A stretch of 64,000 bases of DNA from Brevinematia bacterium (GTDB lineage Bacteria > Spirochaetota > Brevinematia > DTOW01). How positions within the stretch are numbered: the first letter of the stretch is position 1; each line of letters opens with the position of its first letter. Under the pieces are notes generated by a model. It was not told the origin of the DNA. It did no database searches and saw nothing but the letters and a program-made list of their open reading frames with translations. A program made the translations under genes and the position numbers. Below, in pieces: positions 21,698 through 31,824 of this stretch. Location of the stretch: contig JBCNVF010000013.1 in assembly GCA_039630355.1 (NCBI GenBank), forward strand, positions 1,167 through 65,166, written 5' to 3'.

Positions 21698-24367
21698 ATG
21701 GCTGGGAGCAAAAAGTATGTATACTTTTTTGGGGAAGGTGTAGCAGAAGGCACTGGTAAGATGAAGGATATACTGGGTGGTAAAGGTGCGGGACTTGCGG
21801 AGATGACGAATGTTGGGTTACCCGTTCCACCAGGCTTTACCATTTCTGCAGAAGTGTGTGATTACTACTACAAGCACGGGAATACATATCCTGATGGGTT
21901 AGTGGAGGAAATAGAGCAGAACTTGCAGAGACTGGAGAAAGTTTCTGGTAAGAAATTTGGTGATACCAAGAATCCTCTTCTAGTTTCAGTTAGGTCTGGT
22001 GCTGCTGTTTCAATGCCGGGGATGATGGACACTATTCTTAATCTTGGGCTTAATGACGAAAGTGTAAAAGGGCTAGCAGAGTCTACCAACAACCCTAGGT
22101 TTGCTTACGATGCTTACAGAAGGTTTATACAGATGTTCGGTGATGTTGTTTTGGGGATAGAAAAGAAAGAATTTGAGCATATACTTGAGGAAAAGAAAAA
22201 GCAAAAGGGTGTTAAGTGGGATAGTGAGCTTAGTGCAGAGGATCTTATGGAGGTAGTGGAGAAGTATAAGGAGCTGTATAAAAAGCATGGGTTAGAATTT
22301 CCTCAAGATCCGAGAAAGCAGCTGGATATGGCGATAGAGGCGGTGTTTAAGTCCTGGATGAACGAGAGGGCAGTGAAGTATAGAGAGATAAATGAGATAA
22401 GGGGACTTCTTGGGACAGCGGTGAATGTGGTGCAGATGGTTTTTGGTAATATGGGTGAAGATTCTGGAACGGGGGTAGGATTTACAAGGAATCCAAATAC
22501 TGGTGAAAAGGAGTTTTATGCTGAATTTCTGCCAAATGCTCAAGGAGAGGATGTAGTTGCAGGTATAAGAACCCCTATGAAGATAGATGAGCTTAAGAAG
22601 AGGTTACCTGAGGTATATGATCAGCTTCTTAAGGTTGCAGAGCTTCTGGAGAGACACTATAAGGACGTGCAGGATATAGAGTTTACGGTGGAGAGAGGTA
22701 AACTTTACCTTCTGCAGACGAGGTCTGCAAAAAGAACAGGAGTATCGGCAGTGAGGGTAGCGGTTGATATGGTTGAAGAGGGAATACTGACTGAGAAGGA
22801 GGCGATTCTGAGGGTCCAACCCGGACACATTGATCAATTGCTTCACCCGATGATTGATCCTTCTGAGAAGTATCAAGACAAGGTGATTGCGAAAGGGCTT
22901 CCTGCTTCGCCAGGAGCTGCAACTGGGCAGGTGGTGTTTTTCGCCAAAGATGCGGAAGAGTGGGCTAAGAAGGGTAAGGATGTTATACTCCTAAGGCCTG
23001 AGACTTCTCCCGAGGATGTGGGAGGTATGCATGCTTCCAGAGGAATATTGACTGCCAGGGGAGGCCTAACGTCACATGCTGCAGTTGTTGCTAGAGGTAT
23101 GGGTAAACCGTGTGTAGTGGGATGTGAAGATTTGATAGTTGATGAAAAGTCAAAAACCGCTAAAACCAAGGATGGTAAGTACACAATAAAGGAGGGAGAC
23201 TGGATCACGATAGATGGTAAGACTGGAGAAGTCATATTGGGCCAGCTAAAACTCATAAAAGGAGAGATAACTGGGTATTTTGCTAAATTTATGGAGTGGG
23301 TTGACAAGTACAGGAAAATTGGAGTAAGAGCAAATGCTGAAACACCGGAGGATGCAAGGAAAGCAAGAGAATTTGGAGCCGAAGGAATAGGTCTTGCAAG
23401 AACTGAGCATATGTTCTTCGGGCCTGAGAAAGAGAGAATACTGTATTTCAGAAGTATGATAATCTCTGACACTTACGAGGATAGAGTAAAAGCTCTGAGT
23501 AAACTTCAAGAGTTCCAGAGGAAAGATTTTGAAGCATTGTTTGAAATAATGGAAGGGCTACCAGTCACGATAAGACTGCTTGATCCACCACTTCACGAAT
23601 TTCTACCGCACGAGGAAGAACAGATGAAAGAGGTTGCTAAGGAACTAGGCGTTCCCGTTGAGAAGATAAAGACAAGGTATGAACAGCTTAAGGAGTTTAA
23701 CCCAATGCTAGGGTTTAGAGGTTGTAGATTAGCGGTAGTTTACCCAGAGATATACGAAATGCAGATAAGAGCAATATTTGAAGCAGCTTGTAATTTGAAG
23801 AAAAAAGGCAAGAACATTATCGTTGAGATAATGATACCTATCGTAAGTGAAGTTAAGGAGTTTGTTTGGATAAAGAAGAGGTTGGAGAAAGTTGCGAAGG
23901 AGACTATGGATAAGGAAGGAATGCAGATTGAGTATAAATTTGGGACGATGATAGAAGTTCCCAGGGCAGCACTAACTGCGGATGAAATTGCTAAGGAAGC
24001 TGACTTCTTCTCCTTTGGCACAAACGACCTGACACAGATGACATTTGCATTCTCAAGAGATGACATTGGAAAGTTTATTGATTCCTATAAGACTACGAAT
24101 ATACTGGAGGATGATCCTTTCAAGACCTTGGATATAAAGGGAGTGGGAGAGCTTGTGAAAATAGGAATTGAGAAGGGAAGAAAGGTTAATCCTAATCTGA
24201 AAGTAGGGATATGCGGAGAGCATGGAGGAGACCCAAGATCTATCCATTTCTGCTACAACGTTAAAATGGACTATGTCAGTGCCTCCCCGTTTAGGATACC
24301 TATAGCAAAGTTAGCGGCAGCTCAGGCGAGTGTAACTGAAGGAAAGGGGTTCTTTGAAGATAAATAA
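21698..24367 (+). CDS. ppdK: Pyruvate, phosphate dikinase
   Basis: 889 aa. GGKGAGLAEM, the central phospho-His domain (GGLTSHAAVVARGMGKPCV), and the C-terminal PEP-utilising TIM barrel (FFSFGTNDLTQ). GAGGAGG RBS. Confidence 0.95.
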   Translation: MAGSKKYVYFFGEGVAEGTGKMKDILGGKGAGLAEMTNVGLPVPPGFTISAEVCDYYYKHGNTYPDGLVEEIEQNLQRLEKVSGKKFGDTKNPLLVSVRSGAAVSMPGMMDTILNLGLNDESVKGLAESTNNPRFAYDAYRRFIQMFGDVVLGIEKKEFEHILEEKKKQKGVKWDSELSAEDLMEVVEKYKELYKKHGLEFPQDPRKQLDMAIEAVFKSWMNERAVKYREINEIRGLLGTAVNVVQMVFGNMGEDSGTGVGFTRNPNTGEKEFYAEFLPNAQGEDVVAGIRTPMKIDELKKRLPEVYDQLLKVAELLERHYKDVQDIEFTVERGKLYLLQTRSAKRTGVSAVRVAVDMVEEGILTEKEAILRVQPGHIDQLLHPMIDPSEKYQDKVIAKGLPASPGAATGQVVFFAKDAEEWAKKGKDVILLRPETSPEDVGGMHASRGILTARGGLTSHAAVVARGMGKPCVVGCEDLIVDEKSKTAKTKDGKYTIKEGDWITIDGKTGEVILGQLKLIKGEITGYFAKFMEWVDKYRKIGVRANAETPEDARKAREFGAEGIGLARTEHMFFGPEKERILYFRSMIISDTYEDRVKALSKLQEFQRKDFEALFEIMEGLPVTIRLLDPPLHEFLPHEEEQMKEVAKELGVPVEKIKTRYEQLKEFNPMLGFRGCRLAVVYPEIYEMQIRAIFEAACNLKKKGKNIIVEIMIPIVSEVKEFVWIKKRLEKVAKETMDKEGMQIEYKFGTMIEVPRAALTADEIAKEADFFSFGTNDLTQMTFAFSRDDIGKFIDSYKTTNILEDDPFKTLDIKGVGELVKIGIEKGRKVNPNLKVGICGEHGGDPRSIHFCYNVKMDYVSASPFRIPIAKLAAAQASVTEGKGFFEDK

Positions 24368-24395
24368 AGAATTAGTGCTTTGCCAAGTCTGGAGG

Positions 24396-24425
24396 GGGAC
24401 TGTGCGTAAACCAATGTGCAGTCCC
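24396..24425 (+). terminator. Terminator-like hairpin GGGACUGUGC-guaaaccaau-GUGCAGUCCC after ppdK
   Basis: 10-bp stem, with 2 G-U pairs in the + strand transcript, 28 nt after the ppdK stop, between convergent genes. It shares the GGGACTG/CAGTCCC arms with repeat family 2. Confidence 0.4.
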
Positions 24426-24444
24426 GCTCCCTAGGCTTTGGGTT

Positions 24445-25170
24445 CTATATTCTGTTTAGAATCTTATCTATCCTCAGCTTTATACACTCAACTATTGCTT
24501 CAAATATTATCCTTCCGTTCATCTTACTAGTACCCTTTTCCCTTTCCTTAAAAACTATTGGTATCTCAACTATTCTAAATCCTTTGACATAGGATCTATA
24601 CTTAAGCTCTATTTGGAATGCATAGCCATTGGAATCTATTTTATCTAGGTCTATACTTCTTAACACTTCAGCTCTATAACCGTTGTAGCCACCAGTCATG
24701 TCTGTAAGTTTTAGTCCCGTAACAACTCTCGCGTAAAGACTTCCAAGTTGACTTATTATAAGCCTTTTCAGGTCCCAGTTCAGTACTCTTATACCGTTTA
24801 TATACCTAGACCCGACAACTACATCGTATTCCTGTAAATAGTTGTAGAAGTTCGGAATTTCCTTTGGATCATGCGAAAAATCAGCATCCATTCCTATAAG
24901 GTATCTATACTCTCTACTTAGTCCCCATTTGAAGCCATCAACATATGCTCTACCTAATCCCCTCTTACCATTCCTCACAAGCAGGTTAACCCTCTCGTTG
25001 TTTTCAAACTCCTTCTTTACAACCTCTGCCGTTCCATCAGGAGAGTTATCATCAACTACGAGAACATCAGCTTTATCAAATGAATCCAAAATCTCTTTTA
25101 TTAAGCGAGAGATATTCTCCACTTCATTGTATGTGGGTACAACTACAAGTACTCTTTCTAAGTTCTTCAT
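24445..25170 (-). CDS. GT2 glycosyltransferase, polyprenyl-phosphate mannose/glucose synthase (Dpm1-like)
   Basis: VVVPTYNE, VVDDNSPDGT and DADFSH motifs. Soluble 241-aa catalytic domain without a C-terminal TM. Confidence 0.75.
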   Translation of the reverse strand: MKNLERVLVVVPTYNEVENISRLIKEILDSFDKADVLVVDDNSPDGTAEVVKKEFENNERVNLLVRNGKRGLGRAYVDGFKWGLSREYRYLIGMDADFSHDPKEIPNFYNYLQEYDVVVGSRYINGIRVLNWDLKRLIISQLGSLYARVVTGLKLTDMTGGYNGYRAEVLRSIDLDKIDSNGYAFQIELKYRSYVKGFRIVEIPIVFKEREKGTSKMNGRIIFEAIVECIKLRIDKILNRI

Positions 25171-25775
25171 ACCTTTGCTTTAGGAAGTAGTTTGTAAATT
25201 TCATTAACAATCATTGGCTTGAACATCTCAATTATCCTTTCTATTGAGGCATCTATAGTTATGTTACCGTGCTTTACTAATACCCCCCCCTCTATGTTAC
25301 CCTCTAGAACCTCAACCAACCAATTCCTAGACTCCAGTTCTTTTATTATCTCGTCTTTGTGCTTCTTGTAATCCTCTGGCGATAGTATTATCGCTACCCT
25401 TCCTTTTGAAGAATCCAAGGAAAGTGCTGAAAGGGATTTATCTATGATTGAGAGTAATAGACTTCTTTGATCTTGAAAAGATGAAAACTTACTCTTAATC
25501 TCTTTAACTACCTCTGAGTATATTGCTCTGAATACCTTGCTAGTCGTTTTGTTTATCATTTTATTCATTTCAGAATCTATAAACAGTTTCTCTAAAGTGA
25601 GTTTTCTGTGATACTCCTCATGAATCGCTCGTTTTTGTGTTTCTATCTCCTCATCTATCTTACTCTTTGCATCCTTAAGAATCTTCTCCCTTTCTTCCAT
25701 CGCCGAGGATAGTATTTGTGAGATTTCCTTTTCCACTTCTTCTTCAACTATCTTCACAATTTTGTCAATTGCCAT
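25167..25775 (-). CDS. V/A-type ATPase subunit E-like protein
   Basis: N-terminal E/K-rich coiled coil plus C-terminal EGGVLVKHGNITIDASIERIIEMF, typical of the V-ATPase E C-terminus. 4-bp overlap with the downstream GT2 gene. Contains a G8 run in the coding strand. Confidence 0.6.
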   Translation of the reverse strand: MAIDKIVKIVEEEVEKEISQILSSAMEEREKILKDAKSKIDEEIETQKRAIHEEYHRKLTLEKLFIDSEMNKMINKTTSKVFRAIYSEVVKEIKSKFSSFQDQRSLLLSIIDKSLSALSLDSSKGRVAIILSPEDYKKHKDEIIKELESRNWLVEVLEGNIEGGVLVKHGNITIDASIERIIEMFKPMIVNEIYKLLPKAKV

Positions 25776-25786
25776 AAGACACTCCT

Positions 25787-26116
25787 CTACAGTCTTATTC
25801 CTATGGTTTCTCTTACTATTCTCTTTATTATCGCCTCGTAATCTTCGTATTCCTCTACGTTATACATAGGATCTACCTCCACAACTGTTGGTCTTGTGTT
25901 GTTCAATGCAAATTCTTCCAACTCTTTTCTTACCTTTGAGGAAAGATTCTTGGAAATTAGAATTGAAAAGATGTTTTTGTTTTTCTTGAACTCTTCTAGA
26001 TAGTCAATTATTTTAGCTGATAAGTTAGGATCCTCTGGAGACAAAGAAAAAGACTCCACTCCAAGAAATCTGAAAACTTCTGAGGTATACTTATCAAAGA
26101 GTCCGACTACTTTCAT
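25787..26116 (-). CDS. V/A-type ATPase subunit F-like protein
   Basis: 109 aa. MKVVGLFDKYTSEVFRFLGVE....PTVVEV pattern of the ATP-synt_F family. 11 bp upstream of the E-like gene. Confidence 0.55.
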   Translation of the reverse strand: MKVVGLFDKYTSEVFRFLGVESFSLSPEDPNLSAKIIDYLEEFKKNKNIFSILISKNLSSKVRKELEEFALNNTRPTVVEVDPMYNVEEYEDYEAIIKRIVRETIGIRL

Positions 26117-26179
26117 ACTTTATGTTTATTTTCAAGGAAGAGAGAAGATCTTTTCAATTAATGAAAACTGAACTCCAAC

Positions 26180-26260
26180 AAATCCCAATTTCCACTGGGT
26201 GAGTAAGAAAGATTCTGAGCTCTCTGCTTACTTACACTCTTCGTTTCTAGATAGTATCCA
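26180..26260 (+). repeat. Repeat family 2 partial copy D
   Basis: ACTGGGTGAGTAAGAAAGATTCTGAG...GCTTACTTAC...TTCTAGATAG. The same hairpin module is fused to the GGGTGA module. Confidence 0.5.
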
Positions 26261-26309
26261 TATTGTTAAGCTCCAGAACCATTGACTGAACAGTGAGGAG
26301 TTAGTTAGA

Positions 26310-26873
26310 TCAAAGAAGCTGATAGATATCCCTAAGCCTAGGAAGAGAGGAATCCTTTTTTGAAAGTATTGGGTGACTGATTCCTGCTTCTGCAAGTGGC
26401 CATTCTATTCCTATTGTCTCATCATTCCAGAGTATTCCTCTGTCGTACTCGGGAAAGTAAAACTCTGTAGTCTTGTATATTACATCCGCTAATTCTGAAA
26501 GGACTAGGAAACCATGTGCAAACCCTTCAGGTATGTAGAGCATCTTCATATCGTCATCAGAGAGATACAAACCAACCCATTTGCCAAAAGTTTTAGAACC
26601 TTTTCTTAGATCAACTGCAACATCAAATATCCTGCCTCTAGCAACTCTAACTAGCTTTCCCTGCGGGCGAGGAAGCTGAAAGTGTAGTCCTCTGAGAACA
26701 CCTTTTATTGATCTAGAGTGGTTATCCTGAACAAATTTTAGCTTCAGTCCTACTTCTTCAAATTCCATTTCGTTCCAGCTTTCTAAGAAAAACCCTCTTT
26801 CATCTCTGAAAGTCTTGGGCTCTATTACAACCACCCCGTCTATATGAGTCTTTGTTACGCTAAACTTAGCCAT
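26310..26873 (-). CDS. rmlC: dTDP-4-dehydrorhamnose 3,5-epimerase
   Basis: IDGVVVIEPKTFRDERGFF.E, RGLHFQ and GFAHGF cupin signature. Confidence 0.85.
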   Translation of the reverse strand: MAKFSVTKTHIDGVVVIEPKTFRDERGFFLESWNEMEFEEVGLKLKFVQDNHSRSIKGVLRGLHFQLPRPQGKLVRVARGRIFDVAVDLRKGSKTFGKWVGLYLSDDDMKMLYIPEGFAHGFLVLSELADVIYKTTEFYFPEYDRGILWNDETIGIEWPLAEAGISHPILSKKDSSLPRLRDIYQLL

Positions 26874-26949
26874 AAGAGTTGTTAGAATTTTCGTATCAGT
26901 GCTAGAAGAAATTCAACTTCATACCAAGGTAAGCCAATAGATTCAAAAA

Positions 26950-27060
26950 TTCAACAATCAGGCTGGTTCTTCTCTCATTTCTCTTGCAACGCCCATCGGG
27001 ACCGAAGGTGAAGAGTCTTCTTAATAGGCACATAAGAGGCTTGATTAAGGTGAATGGTGT
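26950..27060 (+). repeat. Repeat family 2 partial copy E
   Basis: TCTCTTGCAACGCCCATCGGGACCGAAGGTGAAGAGTCTTCTTAATAGGCAC is homologous to copy B 8283-8335. Confidence 0.5.
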
Positions 27061-27106
27061 TATTTGTAGTTTCGGGAGAGGAAAACCCCCTCCCGTTACT
27101 AACATT

Positions 27107-28309
27107 CTATAGCCTTATCAAGGTATCAACATTAATGGTAGTCTGGTGATCAACTTTATTATTGTTGAAGTCTCTATATCCTTCCTTTCTTTGGTCTATT
27201 TTAGCGTTTAGGGAAATTGAGAAGTTTCTATTGAGTGTATATTCAATTCCGCCAAGGTAATAACTTCTCTCATCGTCTTGAATAGCAACATTAGGCTCAA
27301 GTAAGTAATACGCTCCTACGAGTGAGACTTCTTTAAGCCCAACAAAACCAAAATTAAGCTTTCCGAGTATGCCAAAATAATTTCCATGTGTGCTGGAGAC
27401 ATTCTGTAGGATAGTAGTATACACAGAATATTCGGAGAACACTCTTATCGGACTATAGTTGATACCAATTCCTATTCCATAAAGTTCGGTTCCTGATGCA
27501 TTTGTCATGTCTGGTGTAAGAATTGTGTTGTATGTGTGCAAAGCTACTACCATATTTAGGAAGTTGGTGTCTCCTGTTAGTAGATAAACCGGTGCTATTA
27601 CCACTCTTGTGCCTATTTCTTTGGAGACATTTATGTAGTTTAGTTGGTTTGTAGTTACCGTCATGACCAAGTTGTTTCCAACTATCCTGAAGTTTGTAAC
27701 AACCTGGATAGTTTGAACATCATCCGAGCCTCTGGAGAATCCGTTCCCATCAAATATACCTGCAAATACTTCAAACCCTTTCATTGGAGTGAGGGTTAAG
27801 CTTACACCTATGTCTACCGAGCTTCTCAACCTAAATCTATCGGCAGGGCTTAAAGTGATATACCTCATTCCGACGAATTCGTCAACATATCCAATCCATT
27901 CAGTTCGTGTGATACCACCTGATACGAGTAACAAATCCCTGATGACACTTACGTCAACGAAAGCGTGTCTTAGCCTAAGGATCCATCCACTAGTCGTTGG
28001 GTTAACATCCGGAGTAACTCTCAGTCTGATCCCGTTCTTGAAATCAACCTTAAAGTCAACAAACGCTCTGTTTAGATAGAAAGAGTTAAAGTTAGTAGAA
28101 TTGTTCTGTACTGTAGATGGGTTGTAAAGGTATCCCGAAAATACTGTAAACTCAATCTTTACCTCAGGTTTGTCATCCTTCTTTTCCTCCTTTTTAACTT
28201 CCTGTTGCTTAGGTTCGGAGGAAAGCTGAGGCTCAGGTTGTGCAGGTTGAGCATATGCAAAGCTCAAACCTAATAGGGTAATGAGGATTAGTATTAGAAG
28301 TCTTTTCAT
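27107..28309 (-). CDS. Outer-membrane porin-like beta-barrel protein
   Basis: Signal peptide ending AYA, K/E-rich linker, then amphipathic beta-strands. No C-terminal Phe. Confidence 0.5.
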   Translation of the reverse strand: MKRLLILILITLLGLSFAYAQPAQPEPQLSSEPKQQEVKKEEKKDDKPEVKIEFTVFSGYLYNPSTVQNNSTNFNSFYLNRAFVDFKVDFKNGIRLRVTPDVNPTTSGWILRLRHAFVDVSVIRDLLLVSGGITRTEWIGYVDEFVGMRYITLSPADRFRLRSSVDIGVSLTLTPMKGFEVFAGIFDGNGFSRGSDDVQTIQVVTNFRIVGNNLVMTVTTNQLNYINVSKEIGTRVVIAPVYLLTGDTNFLNMVVALHTYNTILTPDMTNASGTELYGIGIGINYSPIRVFSEYSVYTTILQNVSSTHGNYFGILGKLNFGFVGLKEVSLVGAYYLLEPNVAIQDDERSYYLGGIEYTLNRNFSISLNAKIDQRKEGYRDFNNNKVDHQTTINVDTLIRL

Positions 28310-28488
28310 AGTTTCCCTCCTTTTTGCTTTTGATTTAATTATGGTTGGTGATTGTAAAGACTACGAAAAGCTTTTGTTAAGCTAAAGGAAATTTTTGCCC
28401 AATTGCAGGTTTCACGCTCTGCTACCAGAGAAGAGTTAGAAAGGAGCTAGGCCCCGGGTTTAAAATACTGTAAACGAGATACTCTGCC

Positions 28489-28902
28489 ATGAGGTTCCAT
28501 ACAGAATACCTTTGGTTTAATACAAAAAACAGGATTGAGTATATAATGATAACTGATAGCGTCAGGGAAATTGTGAAGAGAAGTGGTATAAAGGAAGGAT
28601 TTGTATTAGTCTCTGCAATGCATATAACCGCTGGGGTTTTCGTAAATGATAACGAAAAGGGATTTCAAAAGGACTTGAGTGAGTTATTGGAAAGGCTTGC
28701 TCCTATGAATGCCCATTATCATCACAACTATACAGGTGAAGATAATGGTTATGCTCATCTGAGAAGTATACTTGTAAATCATGAGGTCATAATTCCCGTG
28801 ACAAACGGAGATCTGGATCTTGGACCTTGGCAACAGATATTCTACGCCGAATTTGACGGTCAAAGAAGAAAGCGCCTTGTAGTTAAAGTCATTGGCGAAT
28901 AG
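28489..28902 (+). CDS. yjbQ: YjbQ/UPF0047 family protein (secondary thiamine-phosphate synthase-like)
   Basis: Aligns along its length with E. coli YjbQ: [33 protein letters not shown] and [14 protein letters not shown]. Confidence 0.8.
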   Translation: MRFHTEYLWFNTKNRIEYIMITDSVREIVKRSGIKEGFVLVSAMHITAGVFVNDNEKGFQKDLSELLERLAPMNAHYHHNYTGEDNGYAHLRSILVNHEVIIPVTNGDLDLGPWQQIFYAEFDGQRRKRLVVKVIGE

Positions 28903-29101
28903 CTTAAAGCTTCACCTTACGCCGGAATTCCCAAATGTTTATCAGGAAGAGTGTTTCATGGTTCTAATAGATGCTGTGAGGAAAGTAGAGGAAAAACTGC
29001 CTAATTGCTAAGTTTTGGAATTTGCTGTTAAATTTTGGGTTATAGTGAATCTGAAAGGTTTTGTTGTTTAAAATTTAGAACTTTGCGAGGGAGGGAAGGG
29101 T

Positions 29102-31822
29102 ATGGACTATGAGTTTGAGAGAATAGAGAAGAAGTGGCAAGAGAGATGGGAAAAGGAAGGGATTTTCAAGTCATCGTTTGATGTGGGCAAAAAGAAATAC
29201 TATGTTCTTGTTATGTTTCCTTATCCTTCGGGTAAAATCCACATGGGGCATGTTAGAAACTACACTATAGGTGATGTTGTTGCGAGATACAAGAAGATGA
29301 AAGGGTTCAATGTTCTTCATCCGATAGGTTGGGATGCATTTGGCTTGCCTGCTGAAAACGCTGCTATCAGTAAGGGTGTGCATCCCGCTAAATGGACATA
29401 TGAGAACATTGAAGTGATGAAGCAACAGCTAAAGAGGTTAGGGTTTGCCTATGATTGGGATAGAGAAATTGCAACTTGCGATCCTGAATACTACAAATGG
29501 AATCAGTGGTTTTTCCTGAAGATGTATGAGAAGGGTATTGTGTATAGAAAAGCTTCTCCCGTAAATTGGTGTCCACACTGTGGAACTGTTTTAGCTAATG
29601 AGCAAGTTATAGATGGTAAATGCTGGAGGTGTGACTCTGAGGTTGAGATAAGAAACATAGAGCAGTGGTTTATCAAGATAACGGAGTATGCTGATAGACT
29701 GCTTGAGGATCATTCAAAACTTGGCAAATGGCCGGAAAAGGTTTTGTTAATGCAGAAAAACTGGATAGGTAAGAGTTTTGGAGTTGTGGTCAACTTTAAG
29801 CTTGAGGATGGAAGGGACTTTCCTATATTTACCACAAGAGCTGATACAATCTTCGGTGTTACCTTTATGGCTATTGCTCCTGAGCATCCCCTTGTTGATG
29901 AGATAATCAAAACCAATCCTAGTATAGAACCTGAAGTTAGAAAGATGAGGAAAGAAGACTACCGTCTCAGGACGTCTGAAGAATATGAGAAAGAAGGAGT
30001 ATTTACAGGAAAATATGTGATCAATCCATTGACCGAGGAGAGAGTGCCATTGTGGGTTGCAAACTTTGTCCTAATGGAATATGGCACCGGAGCTATAATG
30101 TGTGTTCCTGCGCATGATGAGAGAGACTTTAAGTTTGCTAAAAAGTATGGATTGCCTATCAAGGTTGTAATACAGCCCGAAGGAGAGAACCTAAAACCCG
30201 AGGAGATGACTTCTGCATATGTAGAAGAGGGAATTATGGTAAATTCCGCTCAATTTTCGGGAATGAAAAGCAGTGAGGCTTTGATAAAGATAATTGACTA
30301 CATTGAAGAGAAGGGGTTGGGTAGGCGAAAGTATAACTATAGGATAAAGGATTGGTTGATATCCAGACAGAGATACTGGGGAACTCCAATTCCCTTTGTA
30401 AAATGTGATAAGTGTGGCTACGTTCCAGTGCCTTACGAACAGTTGCCAGTTTTACTCCCTACTGATGTAAAGTTCACAGGAATGGGTAACCCTCTGGAAA
30501 CGAGTGAAGAGTTTCTGAAAACAGTTTGTCCAAAGTGTGGTGCTCAAGCAAGAAGGGAAACTGATACTATGGATACATTTTTTGACTCAAGTTGGTATTA
30601 CGCTAGGTATACATCACCTAAATCTCATAAGCTCCCTTTTGATAGGGAAGAAAGCAGATATTGGCTTGATGTTGATCAGTATATAGGTGGTATTGAACAT
30701 GCTATTTTGCATTTGCTTTACGCAAGGTTCTTCCATAAGTTTATGAAGGATCTGGGACTTGTTGATAGTGATGAACCATTTGTTAACCTTCTCACTCAGG
30801 GGATGGTTTGCAAGAAATGGGTTAGTATTTCGTCAATGTTGGAGTTTTTATCACTTTCTGAGGATAGTTCAGATGAAGAGCTTATCGCAGCTCTTAAACA
30901 GCGTTACCCTGATGCTAAGCTTGAGTTAACTGCTAACGCGAGAACTACCATAAAAGATATTATGGAGAAAAATCATCTAAATTTAGCTAGCAATGTATCA
31001 CTGCTTTTTGAAGCTATGAATAATAAGGTTTTGACTAATGAGATTCTAAGGAAGCTTGAGGAAGAGATAGGTGAATTAGCAAAAATGTCTAAGTCCAAGC
31101 ATAACACCGTTGATCCTGATGAAATGGTAAGGAAATATGGAGCAGATGCAGTAAGGTTATTCATACTTTTTGCTGCACCTCCCGAGAAAGATCTTGAGTG
31201 GAGTGATGAAGGTATAGAAGGAGCATATAGGTTTGTAAATAGGGTTTGGAGACTAGTGACTGGTAATCTAGAACTGCTGAAGTCTTCACCTTCTATTGAT
31301 TACTCTAACATTGAGTCTCTTTCGCTTGGTAAAAGTGAAAAAGACTTACTGATAAAGATAAACCTTACCATCAAAAGAGTTTCCGATGATATTGAAAGAG
31401 ATTTTAGCTTTAATACCGCTATAGCTTCACTTATGGAACTTACCAATTCTCTCTATGCTTATGTTTCCGGTGAAAACGTTTGTGGTTCCGTTTTTAGGGA
31501 AGGCATTGAGAAACTTCTGATTCTTATGTATGTTTTTACTCCGCACGTTGCTGAGGAGCTTTGGGAGATGATAGGAGGTGAGGGGATGGTGTGTCAGAAG
31601 AAGTGGCCTGCTTATGACACTAGATTTCTGACGTACGATACTATAGAGATTGTAATCCAAGTGAATGGGAAAGTAAAAGCAAGAATAACTGTTCCAGCCG
31701 ATATAAGCAGTGAAGAACTTGAGAGGATAGCACTTGATAATGAGGTAGTAAAAAGGAATCTCCGTGGTGTTCCAAAGAAGGTTGTTGTTGTTCCAAAGAG
31801 ATTGGTAAATATAGTGACTTAG
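29102..31822 (+). CDS. leuS: Leucyl-tRNA synthetase
   Basis: HMGH motif ([11 protein letters not shown]), CP1 editing domain, leucyl-specific insertion, and KMSKSKHN motif. Confidence 0.95.
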   Translation: MDYEFERIEKKWQERWEKEGIFKSSFDVGKKKYYVLVMFPYPSGKIHMGHVRNYTIGDVVARYKKMKGFNVLHPIGWDAFGLPAENAAISKGVHPAKWTYENIEVMKQQLKRLGFAYDWDREIATCDPEYYKWNQWFFLKMYEKGIVYRKASPVNWCPHCGTVLANEQVIDGKCWRCDSEVEIRNIEQWFIKITEYADRLLEDHSKLGKWPEKVLLMQKNWIGKSFGVVVNFKLEDGRDFPIFTTRADTIFGVTFMAIAPEHPLVDEIIKTNPSIEPEVRKMRKEDYRLRTSEEYEKEGVFTGKYVINPLTEERVPLWVANFVLMEYGTGAIMCVPAHDERDFKFAKKYGLPIKVVIQPEGENLKPEEMTSAYVEEGIMVNSAQFSGMKSSEALIKIIDYIEEKGLGRRKYNYRIKDWLISRQRYWGTPIPFVKCDKCGYVPVPYEQLPVLLPTDVKFTGMGNPLETSEEFLKTVCPKCGAQARRETDTMDTFFDSSWYYARYTSPKSHKLPFDREESRYWLDVDQYIGGIEHAILHLLYARFFHKFMKDLGLVDSDEPFVNLLTQGMVCKKWVSISSMLEFLSLSEDSSDEELIAALKQRYPDAKLELTANARTTIKDIMEKNHLNLASNVSLLFEAMNNKVLTNEILRKLEEEIGELAKMSKSKHNTVDPDEMVRKYGADAVRLFILFAAPPEKDLEWSDEGIEGAYRFVNRVWRLVTGNLELLKSSPSIDYSNIESLSLGKSEKDLLIKINLTIKRVSDDIERDFSFNTAIASLMELTNSLYAYVSGENVCGSVFREGIEKLLILMYVFTPHVAEELWEMIGGEGMVCQKKWPAYDTRFLTYDTIEIVIQVNGKVKARITVPADISSEELERIALDNEVVKRNLRGVPKKVVVVPKRLVNIVT

Positions 31823-31824
31823 TT

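Noticed and set aside
22873-23472. 199-aa minus-strand ORF (plus several 70-90-aa ORFs) inside ppdK
   Set aside because: Antisense to a full-length, motif-complete PPDK gene, with no RBS and no homology signal. Shadow ORFs.
26902-27105. 67-aa minus-strand ORF between rmlC and the porin gene
   Set aside because: Lies wholly within repeat family 2 copy E, with no RBS and no homology.
28903-29101. T-box leader upstream of leuS (and similarly 60434-60587 upstream of trpS)
   Set aside because: No AATTAGGGTGGNACCGCG T-box sequence or specifier or antiterminator architecture was found. The trpS upstream region is instead explained by the fliG promoter on the opposite strand.
29102-31822. Apparent 90-aa insertion in LeuS before KMSKS
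   Set aside because: It corresponds in position to the leucyl-specific domain present in bacterial LeuS, so it is not an anomaly.
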